Notes: a model not told the origin generated them from the letters alone. A stretch of 64,000 nucleotides of DNA from an uncultured Candidatus Actinomarina sp. (GCA_902625455.1 CACOBL010000001.1:244191-308190), one strand, 5' to 3'. Shown: positions 1-10,480, counted from the stretch's first letter. Numbers and translations are program-made.

Positions 1-2261
1 TTGAAGAAAAAGTTACTTCTGGTGACTGGAAATTATATATTGATTTTGAAGGCGAAATTGTAGATGATTTAAGAGGTTTTTATAGAAGCAAGTTTGTAGA
101 TGAAAATAATAAACAACAATGGATAGCTACAACCCAATTTGAACCTACTTCTGCAAGAATGGCTTTTCCTTGTTGGGATGAACCAGAATATAAGTCGGTT
201 TTTTCAATAACTCTTACATCCGATAAATCAGATATAAGAGTTAGTAATGAAAAAGTTATCAGCGAAACAACCTTGAATGAGAGAACTGCAAGTAAGTTCG
301 AAGACACAATGAGAATGTCTACCTATCTTGTTGCATTTGTAGTTGGTCCTCTAGAAATTACAGAAATAGGAAAATCTAAAACAACAGATGTTCGAGTCGT
401 TCATAGGCCTGGATTTGGACAACAAACAAAATTTGCTGGAGAAGCAGCCATAAAAATTTTGGACTTTTTTGAAAATTATTATGACATAAATTATCCAGGA
501 ACGAAATTAGATTTAATAGCTATCCCAGATTTTGCTATGGGAGCCATGGAAAATGTTGGTGCTGTAACTTTCAGAGAAACTTTGCTATTGATTGATGTTG
601 AAAAAGCTACAAGAGCAGAATTGTCTAGGTCTGTTGAAGTTGTTGCGCACGAACTTGCACATATGTGGTTTGGAGATTTAGTAACAATGAAATGGTGGGA
701 CGGAATTTGGTTAAATGAAGCATTCGCAAGTTTAATGGAGGTGATTGCCTCAGAAGCTACCTATCCTGAATTTAAATTGTGGAATGAACTAAATCTAGCA
801 AGAAGCCAAGGTTTTAATGTAGACTCCCTTAAATCTTCAAGGCCAGTTGAGTTTGAAGTTGCAACACCAGAAGAAGCGGAAGAAATGTTTGACGTTCTAA
901 CATATCAAAAAGGTTCTACTGTTTTAAGAATGTTTGAGACATTTATTGGTGAAGAAAATTTTAAAAAAGGTGTCAGAAATTATTTGAACAAACACAAATA
1001 TAAAAACACCCACTCATCTGATTTGTGGACAGAACTTTCTGGAGAAACAGAATATGATTTAGAAGATATCTTGCCCACTTGGATAAAACAAGAAGGCTAC
1101 CCAATAATTAGTATTGAACATAAGGAAAATACAAATTTTATTTTTTCGCAATCAAAGTTTTTAATTGATGGAGAGACTGATGATTCGCAATGGAAAGTTC
1201 CTATAAATATCCGTTTTCTAGATAATAGTAAAAGTCAAAAAGTTCTTTTAGAAAATAAGACTGACTCTTTTGAACTTATTGGCAATGTACCATTTATCAA
1301 CAACGGAGGTTGGTCCTTTTTCCACTCAGCATACGACGCTAAACATCTAAATGAAATTATTCGATACTTTGATGATTTGGATGTTAATGAAAAATATCGA
1401 CTACTTGAAGATTCGTGGATGTCTTTAAGAACAGAGAAGCTGACCTTAGAAAGTTTCCTTAAACTAATTGATTTATATAAAAATGAAACTGATAAAAATA
1501 TATGGTCTTTAGTTTCGGGGATATTTGCCACTCTTCATAAGATAGATTCGAGTAATGAACTAGAAAATTACATAGCACAATTCTGTAGACCATTATTGGA
1601 CAAATTAGGAAGTGAGTATAAAGAAGGCATAGATCAAGAAACGTCCCAATTAAAATCATTGATTTGTTTTTTGTATGCGAAATACTCAAAAGATGATAAA
1701 TTTATTTCATATTTCACAGATCAATTTAATTCAGAAGCATATAAAGATTATTCTGATGGAAATTACTATAACTTAGTCCTCTCTATATCAGGACTAGACA
1801 AATCAATTTCAATTAATAATTATTTAAATAACTTCATTAATTCAGATTCTCCACAGATTGAAGCTAGGTTTAGGTCAAGCCTTCCAGGAGTTTATGATCC
1901 AGAGACTCCAAAAGTGGTTATTGAAGCAATACTCAATGAGACTATAAGAGGTGCTGACGCCCCATACCTACTTGCTGGCCTGATATCACATCATGAAAAT
2001 GGTAAAAATGCTTGGGAAATTATAAAGTCAAACTGGAAAGATTTACTGAAAGTAATGCCCGAATGGACTTCATCACGAATTCTTGATGGGCTTCCGTCGG
2101 TTTATGATGAAAATATAGGAAAAGACATCCAAGATTTTATAAAATTAAATCCGCTTCCATCTGCAGAAAAACTAATGAAGCAAAAGTTTGAAAGATTAAG
2201 TGCAAATATTAAATTTAAAAATTCTATAAATAGTGCACTAAAAAAGGCTAAATTTGTATAA
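1..2261 (+). CDS. pepN: Aminopeptidase N (M1 family zinc metallopeptidase), 5' end outside window
   Basis: HELAHMWFGD...WLNEAF (HEXXH-18-E gluzincin motif). The frame stays open back to nt 3 (..QFEPTSARMAFPCWDEP, a conserved PepN N-domain motif), so the true start lies upstream of the window. The ORF track's M at 159 is internal. Confidence 0.9.
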   Translation, partial: EEKVTSGDWKLYIDFEGEIVDDLRGFYRSKFVDENNKQQWIATTQFEPTSARMAFPCWDEPEYKSVFSITLTSDKSDIRVSNEKVISETTLNERTASKFEDTMRMSTYLVAFVVGPLEITEIGKSKTTDVRVVHRPGFGQQTKFAGEAAIKILDFFENYYDINYPGTKLDLIAIPDFAMGAMENVGAVTFRETLLLIDVEKATRAELSRSVEVVAHELAHMWFGDLVTMKWWDGIWLNEAFASLMEVIASEATYPEFKLWNELNLARSQGFNVDSLKSSRPVEFEVATPEEAEEMFDVLTYQKGSTVLRMFETFIGEENFKKGVRNYLNKHKYKNTHSSDLWTELSGETEYDLEDILPTWIKQEGYPIISIEHKENTNFIFSQSKFLIDGETDDSQWKVPINIRFLDNSKSQKVLLENKTDSFELIGNVPFINNGGWSFFHSAYDAKHLNEIIRYFDDLDVNEKYRLLEDSWMSLRTEKLTLESFLKLIDLYKNETDKNIWSLVSGIFATLHKIDSSNELENYIAQFCRPLLDKLGSEYKEGIDQETSQLKSLICFLYAKYSKDDKFISYFTDQFNSEAYKDYSDGNYYNLVLSISGLDKSISINNYLNNFINSDSPQIEARFRSSLPGVYDPETPKVVIEAILNETIRGADAPYLLAGLISHHENGKNAWEIIKSNWKDLLKVMPEWTSSRILDGLPSVYDENIGKDIQDFIKLNPLPSAEKLMKQKFERLSANIKFKNSINSALKKAKFV

Positions 2262-2272
2262 AAGGAGATGAA

Positions 2273-3091
2273 ATGAAACCAAGAATTGCTGTATTTTTAC
2301 AACCTCAACATGCAGAGTATGACCAGATAAGGAAAGCTGCTAAGGAATCGGAAGAAATTGGTGCAGATGTTATTTACAACTGGGACCATTTCTATCCGCT
2401 ATACAAAGAAGATGGTACACAATGGGAACAGGGTGAAAGAAGAGAGGGGAAGCATTTTGAATGTTGGACCATGCTAGCTAGTTGGGCTGAAGTGACAGAT
2501 AAGATTGATGTAGGTCCTTTAGTTACATGTAATTCATATAGAAATCCTGAACTATTAGCTGATATGGCTAGAACTGTTGACCACATATCTGATGGGCGGG
2601 TAATTCTTGGAATCGGCTCGGGTTGGTTTGAACAAGATTATGAAGAGTATGGTTATGAGTTTGGCACAGCAATATGGAGGCTCAAAGAACTGGAAAAATC
2701 ATTGGAAAGAATTGTAAAAAGGATGGGCAAATTGGATCCTCAGCCTAAAAGAAAGATACCTATACTAATCGGAGGTGGTGGGGAAAAAGTTACTCTTAGG
2801 CTAGTCGCACAGTATGCAGATATTTGGCATGGATTTGCAACGAAAACAGAAGAACGAAGTGGCATTGAGACTGTAGCACACAAAAATTCAGTTTTAGACA
2901 ATTGGTGTTCTGAAGTAGGAAGAGATCCAAATGAAATACAAAGATCAATTGGAATAGATATTAAAAGAATTGATCTTGCCGATGATCTGTTGGAAGCTGG
3001 AGCTACTGAAGTAACTTTAGCCGTTAATGGACCAGGATATGATTTGTCTTTAGTAAAAGAGTGGATTGCATGGAGAGATTCAAAAGAATAG
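2273..3091 (+). CDS. Luciferase-like (LLM) flavin/F420-dependent oxidoreductase
   Basis: About 270 aa with an LLM-class TIM-barrel signature (GRVILGIGSGWFEQDYEEYG). The SD AAGGAG sits 7 nt upstream of the ATG. Confidence 0.6.
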   Translation: MKPRIAVFLQPQHAEYDQIRKAAKESEEIGADVIYNWDHFYPLYKEDGTQWEQGERREGKHFECWTMLASWAEVTDKIDVGPLVTCNSYRNPELLADMARTVDHISDGRVILGIGSGWFEQDYEEYGYEFGTAIWRLKELEKSLERIVKRMGKLDPQPKRKIPILIGGGGEKVTLRLVAQYADIWHGFATKTEERSGIETVAHKNSVLDNWCSEVGRDPNEIQRSIGIDIKRIDLADDLLEAGATEVTLAVNGPGYDLSLVKEWIAWRDSKE

Positions 3092-3101
3092 ACAGCAAAA
3101 C

Positions 3102-4025
3102 ATGGATATATTAATTCTCATATTCGGATTTATAGTAGGGTTAATTTTTTTAGTAAAGGGTGCAGATGAAATGGTTGATTCTGCCGTACAGATCGCTTTA
3201 AAATTCAAAATTCCCAGTTCAATCATAGGTGCAACATTTATTGGATTTGGTACATCTGCACCAGAATTGTTTGCAAGTACGGGAGCTGCATTAAATGGAG
3301 ATTTAGATCTGGGAATTGGAAATATAGTAGGTTCAAATATTGCAAATTCATTACTTGTAGTAGCAGTTTTGTATCTTGCAATTCCAAAAGACTTTGATAA
3401 GAAAATTAAGCTCAATCAACTTAGTCCAGTTTGGATGGCAATCCTCACCACTGTATTTGTATCAACTTATGTTCTTTTCAGTAGCTTTCCACTGTACTTA
3501 GGAATTGTGCTGTTAGTTTTGACAATTTATGTAGTTTACAAAATGGTAAGTACTGACAGTGTTGAAGAAGAAGATTTCAAAACAGAAGAAAAAAAATACG
3601 TGTGGCTAAGGGGATTCCTTTCTTTAGCCGCAACTCTTTATGGAAGTCAATTAGTGGTTGATAATGCAGTTAAGATAGCAGAAACGTTTGGCGTTTCATC
3701 TTTGGTAATAGGTTCAACAATTATTGCAATTGGTACTAGTCTTCCGGAAGTTGCTGGAACAATAGCAGCGGCGAGGATGAGAAAGCCTGACATTGTTTTT
3801 GGAAATATTTTTGGTTCAAATCTTTTTAATATTGGATTAGTTGGCGGTGTGGCAATTTCAATAAGCCCTGGAAATATTCTTTCAAGAATTGATTACCAGC
3901 TATTTATGATGTATTTTGTTTCTTTTCTTGTAATATTTTTATCAAGAAATGTCATTAAAAGAAACATTGTTATTGGGTATTCTTTTATAGCTTTTTATCT
4001 TTTATTTATTATTAGTCTTTTTTAA
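3102..4025 (+). CDS. CaCA-family Na+/Ca2+ (K+-dependent) exchanger, YrbG-like
   Basis: Two alpha-repeats, GFGTSAPELFAS and AIGTSLPEVAGT, in a polytopic membrane protein. The start was moved to the internal ATG (MDILIL) to avoid overlap with the upstream gene. Confidence 0.75.
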   Translation: MDILILIFGFIVGLIFLVKGADEMVDSAVQIALKFKIPSSIIGATFIGFGTSAPELFASTGAALNGDLDLGIGNIVGSNIANSLLVVAVLYLAIPKDFDKKIKLNQLSPVWMAILTTVFVSTYVLFSSFPLYLGIVLLVLTIYVVYKMVSTDSVEEEDFKTEEKKYVWLRGFLSLAATLYGSQLVVDNAVKIAETFGVSSLVIGSTIIAIGTSLPEVAGTIAAARMRKPDIVFGNIFGSNLFNIGLVGGVAISISPGNILSRIDYQLFMMYFVSFLVIFLSRNVIKRNIVIGYSFIAFYLLFIISLF

Positions 4026-4845
4026 TATTTTTATTCTTTAAGAAAAAGATTAATCCTAAAAATGCAAGAAGGGCTCCTCCAATTTGATTCCAGGTAAATA
4101 TACCAATCGTAGAATCGCCCATTCCAAATCTTAAAGTGTCTAGAAATGCTCTTTGAGTTCCATACCATACTGCCCATAAACCAATCCAAGATCCTTTTCC
4201 AAACTCATAACGATTTTGCAACGATCTAAAAATAAAGAAAACAATTAATGCAAGGATTAAGTCGTAAAGTGCGACGTGATGGTATGTTCCACAAGTTAAC
4301 AGTGGCTCCGTACATTCTAAAGAATTGTGTTGCGGGGCAACGTCATATCCCGGCTTAATCTCATAACCTAAAAAGAAGCTTGTTTCTCTTCCTAAATGTT
4401 CGACGATAGCCAGATCGCCAATTCTTCCAATAACAGTTCCCAGTATTAATCCTGTGGCAGCGTAATCTCCATATTGTTTAAAATCTTCTTTATTAAAAAT
4501 ACTAATTTTAAGATATGCAGCAATAATTCCTCCTGCCATACCACCCATAATTGAATAGCTACCAGCTAATGTAAAAATATCGCCTAATCCATACCCTGGG
4601 TTGGCATACCATTGTGCTGGTATAGTGAAGAATCTTGCTCCAAGAATTGCGCCAAAAATAGCCCAAGTAAGCGCCTCAGAAAATAAAATAGCGTTTGCTC
4701 CATCTTTTTCCGAAAGTTTTAAAGCATGACTAGCTCCAAAATAGAATCCAACAGCGGCAAAAACGCCATGTAAAGAAAGGAATACAGGCCCTACTTTTGT
4801 AATTGGTATTGGAGGATAGGTTATTGAAAAAAATATTTCTTCCAT
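4012..4845 (-). CDS. lgt: Prolipoprotein diacylglyceryl transferase
   Basis: Polytopic membrane protein with Lgt-like N-terminus (GPVFLSLHGV..VGF), a GGMAGGIIAAY glycine-rich segment and an HHVALYDL (HPxxLYE-like) motif. Confidence 0.7.
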   Translation of the reverse strand: MEEIFFSITYPPIPITKVGPVFLSLHGVFAAVGFYFGASHALKLSEKDGANAILFSEALTWAIFGAILGARFFTIPAQWYANPGYGLGDIFTLAGSYSIMGGMAGGIIAAYLKISIFNKEDFKQYGDYAATGLILGTVIGRIGDLAIVEHLGRETSFFLGYEIKPGYDVAPQHNSLECTEPLLTCGTYHHVALYDLILALIVFFIFRSLQNRYEFGKGSWIGLWAVWYGTQRAFLDTLRFGMGDSTIGIFTWNQIGGALLAFLGLIFFLKNKNIKKD

Positions 4846-4847
4846 AA

Positions 4848-5729
4848 TTAAGTATTCCTTATTGTAAATAGAATGTCAGCAATCATAGAAAGAAATACTA
4901 CTGCTAAATATGTGTTAGAAAATACAAAATAAGATATTGGTTTTATTTTATCTGAGTATAAGCGATAAGATTTAATCATTAAATAAATTCCTGAGATTAA
5001 CGACAAGATTAAATATATGAAACCAAGTTGTAATATTGGAGCAATCATAAGAGAAGTAATTACTGTTGCACAAGAATAAATTCCAATAAATATTGATGTT
5101 CTCTTTTTAGTTTCCTGTGTAGGTAACATCGGAAAATCAGCATCCTTATAATCATCGACATTTTCAATTGATAATGCCCAAAAATGAGCGGGAGTCCATA
5201 GAAAAACTAATAAAAACAAAAGCCAAGATCCAGTTTCTAGCGGAGTTCCTGTTGCTGCCCATCCAATTAAAACAGGGGCAGCACCGGCGGCTCCACCTAT
5301 CACAATATTTTGATTTGTTCTAGGTTTTAGAATCAAAGTGTAAATGAAAGAGTAAAAAATATTTGCTAAAAGAGCAATGAATGAAGCTAAAGGTGTTGTT
5401 TGAGTATATAAAATTAGAAAACCTAATAGTCCCAGAACTATTGAATATATATATGCATTTTTAACTTTAATAGATCCTGTAACAAGCGGCCTGTCTGCTG
5501 TTCTCATCATCAACTTATCTGTTTCAATCTCAAAAATTTGATTTAGTACATTGGCACTAATAGCCAATAAGGTACCGCCTACGAGTGTGAAGCAAACAAG
5601 ACTTACTGGTGGAAACCCATAAATTGCTACAACCATAGAGGGAACAGTAGTTATAAGAAGCAGCTCAACAATTCTTAATTTTGAAAGTTTTAAGTAACGT
5701 GAAGCAACTTCTTTTATATCACTCTCCAT
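4848..5729 (-). CDS. ctaB: Protoheme IX farnesyltransferase (heme O synthase), UbiA family
   Basis: NQIFEIETDKLMMRTADRPL, the UbiA/CyoE Asp-rich motif. Nine TM helices. Divergent from ctaC as in Bacillus. Confidence 0.85.
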   Translation of the reverse strand: MESDIKEVASRYLKLSKLRIVELLLITTVPSMVVAIYGFPPVSLVCFTLVGGTLLAISANVLNQIFEIETDKLMMRTADRPLVTGSIKVKNAYIYSIVLGLLGFLILYTQTTPLASFIALLANIFYSFIYTLILKPRTNQNIVIGGAAGAAPVLIGWAATGTPLETGSWLLFLLVFLWTPAHFWALSIENVDDYKDADFPMLPTQETKKRTSIFIGIYSCATVITSLMIAPILQLGFIYLILSLISGIYLMIKSYRLYSDKIKPISYFVFSNTYLAVVFLSMIADILFTIRNT

Positions 5730-5799
5730 AAGGACATAATACTTTGATTACACAATATAAGGTTTGAACGCTATCCTTAAATATTGTTGATTAAAAAAT
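5730..5799. promoter_or_regulatory. Divergent ctaB / ctaCDEFG intergenic promoter region
   Basis: A 70-bp AT-rich gap between divergently transcribed ctaB and ctaC. No specific motif resolved. Confidence 0.3.
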
Positions 5800-6819
5800 A
5801 TGCTGATAAAAAAAGTTTTTAAATTAAAAAATTTAAGATATGTATTTTTCTTATTTATATATTCATGTATTGAAAATGCTCCTCTAGACTCTTTAAGTCC
5901 TGAAGGACCATATGCTAGATCAATTGATGAATTATTTTGGATTACTTTTTGGATTGCTGTTGTAATTTTTGCAATTGTTCAAGGTGCACTATTATTTTCA
6001 GTTTTTGTATATAAAGAAAAACCTGACTCTCCTGAACCAAAGCAAATTCATGGCAATACAAAGTTAGAAATCATCTGGACTGTAATACCAGTTCTAATTT
6101 TAGCTGCAATTGCTGTTCCTACAGTAAGGACGATCTTTGATCTAGCAAGAGAACCTGAAAATGCACTTAAAATAGAAGTAATTGGCCATCAGTGGTGGTT
6201 CGAATACAAATATCCTGATTATGGAATAACTACCGCAAATGTTTTGGTAATTCCGGCTGATAGACCAGTAAGACTTGAAATGTGGTCAAATGATGTTCTT
6301 CATAATTATTGGGTTCCAAAATTAAATGGAAAAAGATACCTGGTACCGGGACAAACAACGTATCTTAATCTTCATGCTGACTCACCAAATGAATTTTGGG
6401 CACAATGTGGAGAGTATTGTGGATTGAGTCATTCAAAAATGAGAGGGCGGGTTTTGTCATTGTCTGAAGAAGACTTTGCAGCATGGGTAAAAAATGAACA
6501 AAAAGACGCCACTGCTTTTAGCTCTGATGATTTATCTCTTGCAGCGGAGGGGCAACAAGTTTACTTAAATGCTGGATGTACACAGTGTCATGTAATTAAT
6601 GGTGTATGGGATGTGCAAGGAGATAGAATTGCGCCAAATTTAACACATTTCGCAATCAGAAATGTTTTTGCTGGAGCGGCATTAAAAAACAATCCTGAGA
6701 ATCTTACAAAATGGCTTGCAAATCCCGCCGAAATTAAACCAGGTACTTTTATGCCTAATCTAGAATTGACTGAATCGGAAATAAATGCTTTAATTGCGTA
6801 TTTGGAGACACTTAAATGA
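5800..6819 (+). CDS. ctaC: Cytochrome c oxidase subunit II with fused C-terminal cytochrome c domain (caa3-type)
   Basis: CuA site H..CGEYCGLSHSKM, plus a C-terminal CTQCH heme-c motif followed by a Met ligand region. Confidence 0.9.
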   Translation: MLIKKVFKLKNLRYVFFLFIYSCIENAPLDSLSPEGPYARSIDELFWITFWIAVVIFAIVQGALLFSVFVYKEKPDSPEPKQIHGNTKLEIIWTVIPVLILAAIAVPTVRTIFDLAREPENALKIEVIGHQWWFEYKYPDYGITTANVLVIPADRPVRLEMWSNDVLHNYWVPKLNGKRYLVPGQTTYLNLHADSPNEFWAQCGEYCGLSHSKMRGRVLSLSEEDFAAWVKNEQKDATAFSSDDLSLAAEGQQVYLNAGCTQCHVINGVWDVQGDRIAPNLTHFAIRNVFAGAALKNNPENLTKWLANPAEIKPGTFMPNLELTESEINALIAYLETLK

Positions 6820-8798
6820 CAAAGATAATTAAACCAGGAAAACAAAGCAGTATTTTTAGAAGACCTTCTTCAGAAACTGGAATTTGGAGCTGGATTACAA
6901 CTGTTGATCATAAAAGAATAGGAATAATGTATGGATATGCTGCATTCTTCTTTTTGTTAATTGGCGGTCTTGAAGCCCTTGTTCTTAGAATACAACTTTC
7001 TCAACCTGACAATAATTTTTTAACAGCTGCTGAATACAATGCAATGTTTACAATGCATGGGACTACCATGATCTTCCTAGCAATAATGCCTATAAGTGCT
7101 GCCTTCTTTAATTATTTACTACCTTTACAAATTGGTGCAAGAGATGTTGCTTTCCCTAGGCTCAATGCTTTATCTTTTTGGATATTTATTTTTGGTGGAG
7201 CTTTCTTATACTCTACTTTTATATTTGGAACCGCAGGTGCTCCTGAAGGAGGTTATCTTTCTGAGGAAGTTGGTTGGTTGGGATCCGCTCCTAACGGTGG
7301 TTGGTTTGGTTACCAACCAAATGCTGGAATGAAATATTCTCCTGGAACTGCAATGGATTATTGGGCAATAGGCCTTCAAATTTTAGGCATTGCTTCACTA
7401 ATTTCTGCTTTTAATTTTATAACAACAATTATTAATATGCGCACTAAAGGAATGAGATTCATGAGAATGCCTGTATTTACGTGGATGACTTTTGCTGTTT
7501 CCTTTCTATTAGCGTTTTCATTGCCAATTATTGCGATCGCACTTTTTTATGTAACTTTTGATAGAAAATTTGGTACTACTTTCTTTTTAACAGAAGGTGG
7601 TGGTGACCCAATCTTATGGCAGCATTTATTTTGGCTATTTGGTCATCCAGAAGTTTACATATTAATTTTGCCGGCTTTTGGAATAGTTTCAGAAGTTTTA
7701 CCAACATTTTCACGAAAACCACTTTTTGGCTATGCGGCAATAGTTTTTGCAGGTTTTGGAATCGCATTTATCGGTTTTGGTGTCTGGGCACACCACATGT
7801 TTGCTTCTGCAATAAGTCCTGTAGCACAAGCAGGGTTTGGATTATCAACTATGGTGATTGCTGTACCAACTGGAGTCAAAATATTCAATTGGTTAGGAAC
7901 AATTTGGGGAGGAAAGCTTAAATTAAATACTCCAATGTTATTTTCTCTAGGGTTTATAGGAATGTTTGTCATAGGTGGATTAAGTGGCGTAACTCACTCA
8001 GTAGTTCCTGCAGATACACAACAAACTGATACTTATTATGTAGTTGCACACTTTCACTATGTACTTTTTGGTGGTGCTCTTTTTGGTATTTTTTCTGGAC
8101 TTTATTATTGGTTTCCAAAAGTCTGGGGAAAAATGTATAACGAAACATTAGGAAAGCTACATTTTTGGACAATGCTTATTGGGTTTAACTTAACATTTGG
8201 TCCAATGCATTGGTTGGGTTTGCAAGGGCAGGTTCGAAGAACATGGGTATATGCCGAAGAAACAAACTTGCAATTTTGGAATATAGTCGTGACAATTGGA
8301 GCATTCATAATTGCTGTTTCAATTATTATTTTTATGATAAATTGGATTTTCTCAAAAAGAAAAGGTGAGAAAGCTCCTTTTGATCCATGGGATGCGAGAA
8401 CAATTGAGTGGACAATCCCTTCTCCTACACCTGAATGGAATTTCTCTAAAGCTCCGGAAGTTAAAGCACTAGATGATTTCTGGCATGCAAAATATGAAGA
8501 AGATGATGAAGGAAGGGCTGTAAGAAAAGAATCCGCTGAGCAATTATTGATAGAACTAGAAGAAGAGGGCTTAAATCCTACGGAAAATATTGTATTACCA
8601 AACCCGTCATACTTTCCGATTGTACTTGCTTCCGGATTACCATTTTTAGGCTATGCAGTTATTTATAAATCAATTCCACTTGCTTTAATAGGTTCGCTAC
8701 TTTTACTTATTGGCAGTTTCGGCTGGGGAACCGAGCCATTAGAAGAAGAAGTAGAAGATGAAGAAGATAATAATGAGGAATATCTAGATAATGTCTAA
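6816..8798 (+). CDS. ctaD: Cytochrome c oxidase subunit I (14-TM caa3-type, acidic C-terminal tail)
   Basis: Canonical heme-copper oxidase motifs WFFGHPEVYILILP and HHMF. 660 aa, with two extra C-terminal TM helices and an EEEVEDEEDNNEE tail. Confidence 0.92.
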   Translation: MTKIIKPGKQSSIFRRPSSETGIWSWITTVDHKRIGIMYGYAAFFFLLIGGLEALVLRIQLSQPDNNFLTAAEYNAMFTMHGTTMIFLAIMPISAAFFNYLLPLQIGARDVAFPRLNALSFWIFIFGGAFLYSTFIFGTAGAPEGGYLSEEVGWLGSAPNGGWFGYQPNAGMKYSPGTAMDYWAIGLQILGIASLISAFNFITTIINMRTKGMRFMRMPVFTWMTFAVSFLLAFSLPIIAIALFYVTFDRKFGTTFFLTEGGGDPILWQHLFWLFGHPEVYILILPAFGIVSEVLPTFSRKPLFGYAAIVFAGFGIAFIGFGVWAHHMFASAISPVAQAGFGLSTMVIAVPTGVKIFNWLGTIWGGKLKLNTPMLFSLGFIGMFVIGGLSGVTHSVVPADTQQTDTYYVVAHFHYVLFGGALFGIFSGLYYWFPKVWGKMYNETLGKLHFWTMLIGFNLTFGPMHWLGLQGQVRRTWVYAEETNLQFWNIVVTIGAFIIAVSIIIFMINWIFSKRKGEKAPFDPWDARTIEWTIPSPTPEWNFSKAPEVKALDDFWHAKYEEDDEGRAVRKESAEQLLIELEEEGLNPTENIVLPNPSYFPIVLASGLPFLGYAVIYKSIPLALIGSLLLLIGSFGWGTEPLEEEVEDEEDNNEEYLDNV

Positions 8799-9375
8799 TG
8801 CTCATGCTTATCCGCATGAACCTACTGGAGTCGAGACCAGAAAGTTGGGGATGTGGGTATTTCTTTCAACAGAAATTTTGTTTTTTGGAACATTAATAAC
8901 TACTTTTATGATTTTTAAAGGCAGAGAATTTCCTGGGATAAAACTTACTGATGTTTATGACATCCCATTCACTTCAATAAGTTCATTTATACTTTTAATG
9001 AGTTCGCTAACAATGGTTTTAGCTCACAATGCTCTTGAAGCAAAAGATCAAGAAAAAACTAGGGTTTGGTTACTTGCAACTGCAATGCTTGGTGCTGTAT
9101 TTTTAGCTGGACAAATTTATGAATTTACCGAGTTCTATCACAAGGGTTTTAAGCTTGATACGAATATATTTAGTTCAACTTTTTATGTGTTAACCGGATT
9201 TCATGGATTGCATGTATTTATAGGCGTTGTTCTTTTATTAGCTCTATGGGGTATTGGACAAAGGCAGCAAGGCTTGACTCTAGAGGGTGGAATGAATTTA
9301 GAATTTGTTGCACTTTATTGGCACTTTGTGGATATTGTTTGGATAGTGTTGTTTACAGTTGTGTATTTAATTTAA
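8791..9375 (+). CDS. ctaE: Cytochrome c oxidase subunit III (short form)
   Basis: Subunit III N-terminus RKLGMWVFLSTEILFFG and HFVDIVWIVLF. About 194 aa, like Bacillus CtaE. Confidence 0.85.
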   Translation: MSNAHAYPHEPTGVETRKLGMWVFLSTEILFFGTLITTFMIFKGREFPGIKLTDVYDIPFTSISSFILLMSSLTMVLAHNALEAKDQEKTRVWLLATAMLGAVFLAGQIYEFTEFYHKGFKLDTNIFSSTFYVLTGFHGLHVFIGVVLLLALWGIGQRQQGLTLEGGMNLEFVALYWHFVDIVWIVLFTVVYLI

Positions 9376-9376
9376 A

Positions 9377-9676
9377 ATGTCAGAAGAACATATTAACCAC
9401 CCTACTCCAAAACGCTATGTACAAATTGCAATTATTCTTGGTGTTTTAACGGCAATTGAAATTGCACTTTACTATACAGAAGATCTTGTTGGAGCCTTCA
9501 CGGCCCCACTTTTAATAATCCTTGCTGTAGGAAAATTTGTAATTGTTGTTGGATGGTTCATGCATTTAAGGTTTGAGAGTAAAATGGTAAATAGATTTTT
9601 TGCTGGAGGAATGATTTTAGCTTTAATCTTATTTGCCATAGTAATGATTGAACGAGCATCGGCTAATTTTTCCTAA
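9377..9676 (+). CDS. ctaF: Cytochrome c oxidase subunit IV (Bacillus CtaF-type)
   Basis: 99 aa, 3 TM, immediately after ctaE. Family assignment from size, position and hydropathy. Confidence 0.6.
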   Translation: MSEEHINHPTPKRYVQIAIILGVLTAIEIALYYTEDLVGAFTAPLLIILAVGKFVIVVGWFMHLRFESKMVNRFFAGGMILALILFAIVMIERASANFS

Positions 9677-9679
9677 ATC

Positions 9680-10462
9680 ATGTTACAGAACTTACCTTGG
9701 CACCCTCATTATGATGTTTGGGCATTAATATTTACACTTATCATTTTTTTTGAGTTTTCTACAAAAAATGAAATTGTAAAGAAGAAGAAAAGAAGGCTAT
9801 GGTACTCAGGAATTTTTATACTTTGGATTTTTACTGATTACCCCATTCACGATATTGGTGAGAAATATTTATTTTCTGTTCATTCAGTTGAACATTTAGT
9901 TTTAGCATTAGTTGCACCACCCCTGCTGCTTTTAGGTATGCATAGAGAGATGAAAAAACTTATATCTGTTAAACCGTTTATTAACTTGCTTAAAATAACT
10001 TCTAAACCAATTATTGCTTTTTTTCTATTCAATGTTGTTATGGTAGGAATGCATTGGTCATCAGTGGTTAACTTAATGGTCACAAATACTTTATTTCATT
10101 TTCTTATTCATTCTGTAATGCTTTTAGTTTCTTTAAATATGTGGGTTCCAGTAATAGGATTCAACGAAGAAATAATGCCTTTAAATTCTGCAGCAAGAAT
10201 TGCGTACTTATTTTTGCAGTCATTATTACCTACTATACCTGCCAGTTTCCTCGCTTTTGGAACTGAGCCCCTCTATAGTGCATATCTAAATACAAATAGC
10301 ATTTTTAATATTTCAGTTATTAACGATCAGACTCTCGCAGGATTAATTTTAAAACTTGGAGGGGGAATTATATTGTGGATCTCGATTCTTGTAATTTGGA
10401 TGAGATGGTACCAAGATGAAAAAACGTTTGACGACGTAGTTAGAAACAACTCATCAGACTAG
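9680..10462 (+). CDS. ctaG: Caa3-type cytochrome oxidase assembly factor CtaG-like membrane protein
   Basis: 7-TM membrane protein directly downstream of ctaF (ctaCDEFG order as in B. subtilis). Assignment is by synteny and topology only. Confidence 0.45.
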   Translation: MLQNLPWHPHYDVWALIFTLIIFFEFSTKNEIVKKKKRRLWYSGIFILWIFTDYPIHDIGEKYLFSVHSVEHLVLALVAPPLLLLGMHREMKKLISVKPFINLLKITSKPIIAFFLFNVVMVGMHWSSVVNLMVTNTLFHFLIHSVMLLVSLNMWVPVIGFNEEIMPLNSAARIAYLFLQSLLPTIPASFLAFGTEPLYSAYLNTNSIFNISVINDQTLAGLILKLGGGIILWISILVIWMRWYQDEKTFDDVVRNNSSD

Positions 10463-10480
10463 AATAATATTAATTTCATT

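Noticed and set aside
1235-1689. Minus-strand ORFs (1235..1531, 1459..1689) inside pepN; similar antisense ORFs inside ctaD (7096..8308 set), dnaK (32404..32787), selD (22459..23064), nadE (24084..24879) and others
   Set aside because: They lie fully within and antisense to (or out of frame in) strongly supported genes, have low-complexity or hydrophobic junk composition, and no RBS. They are typical shadow ORFs in AT-rich DNA.
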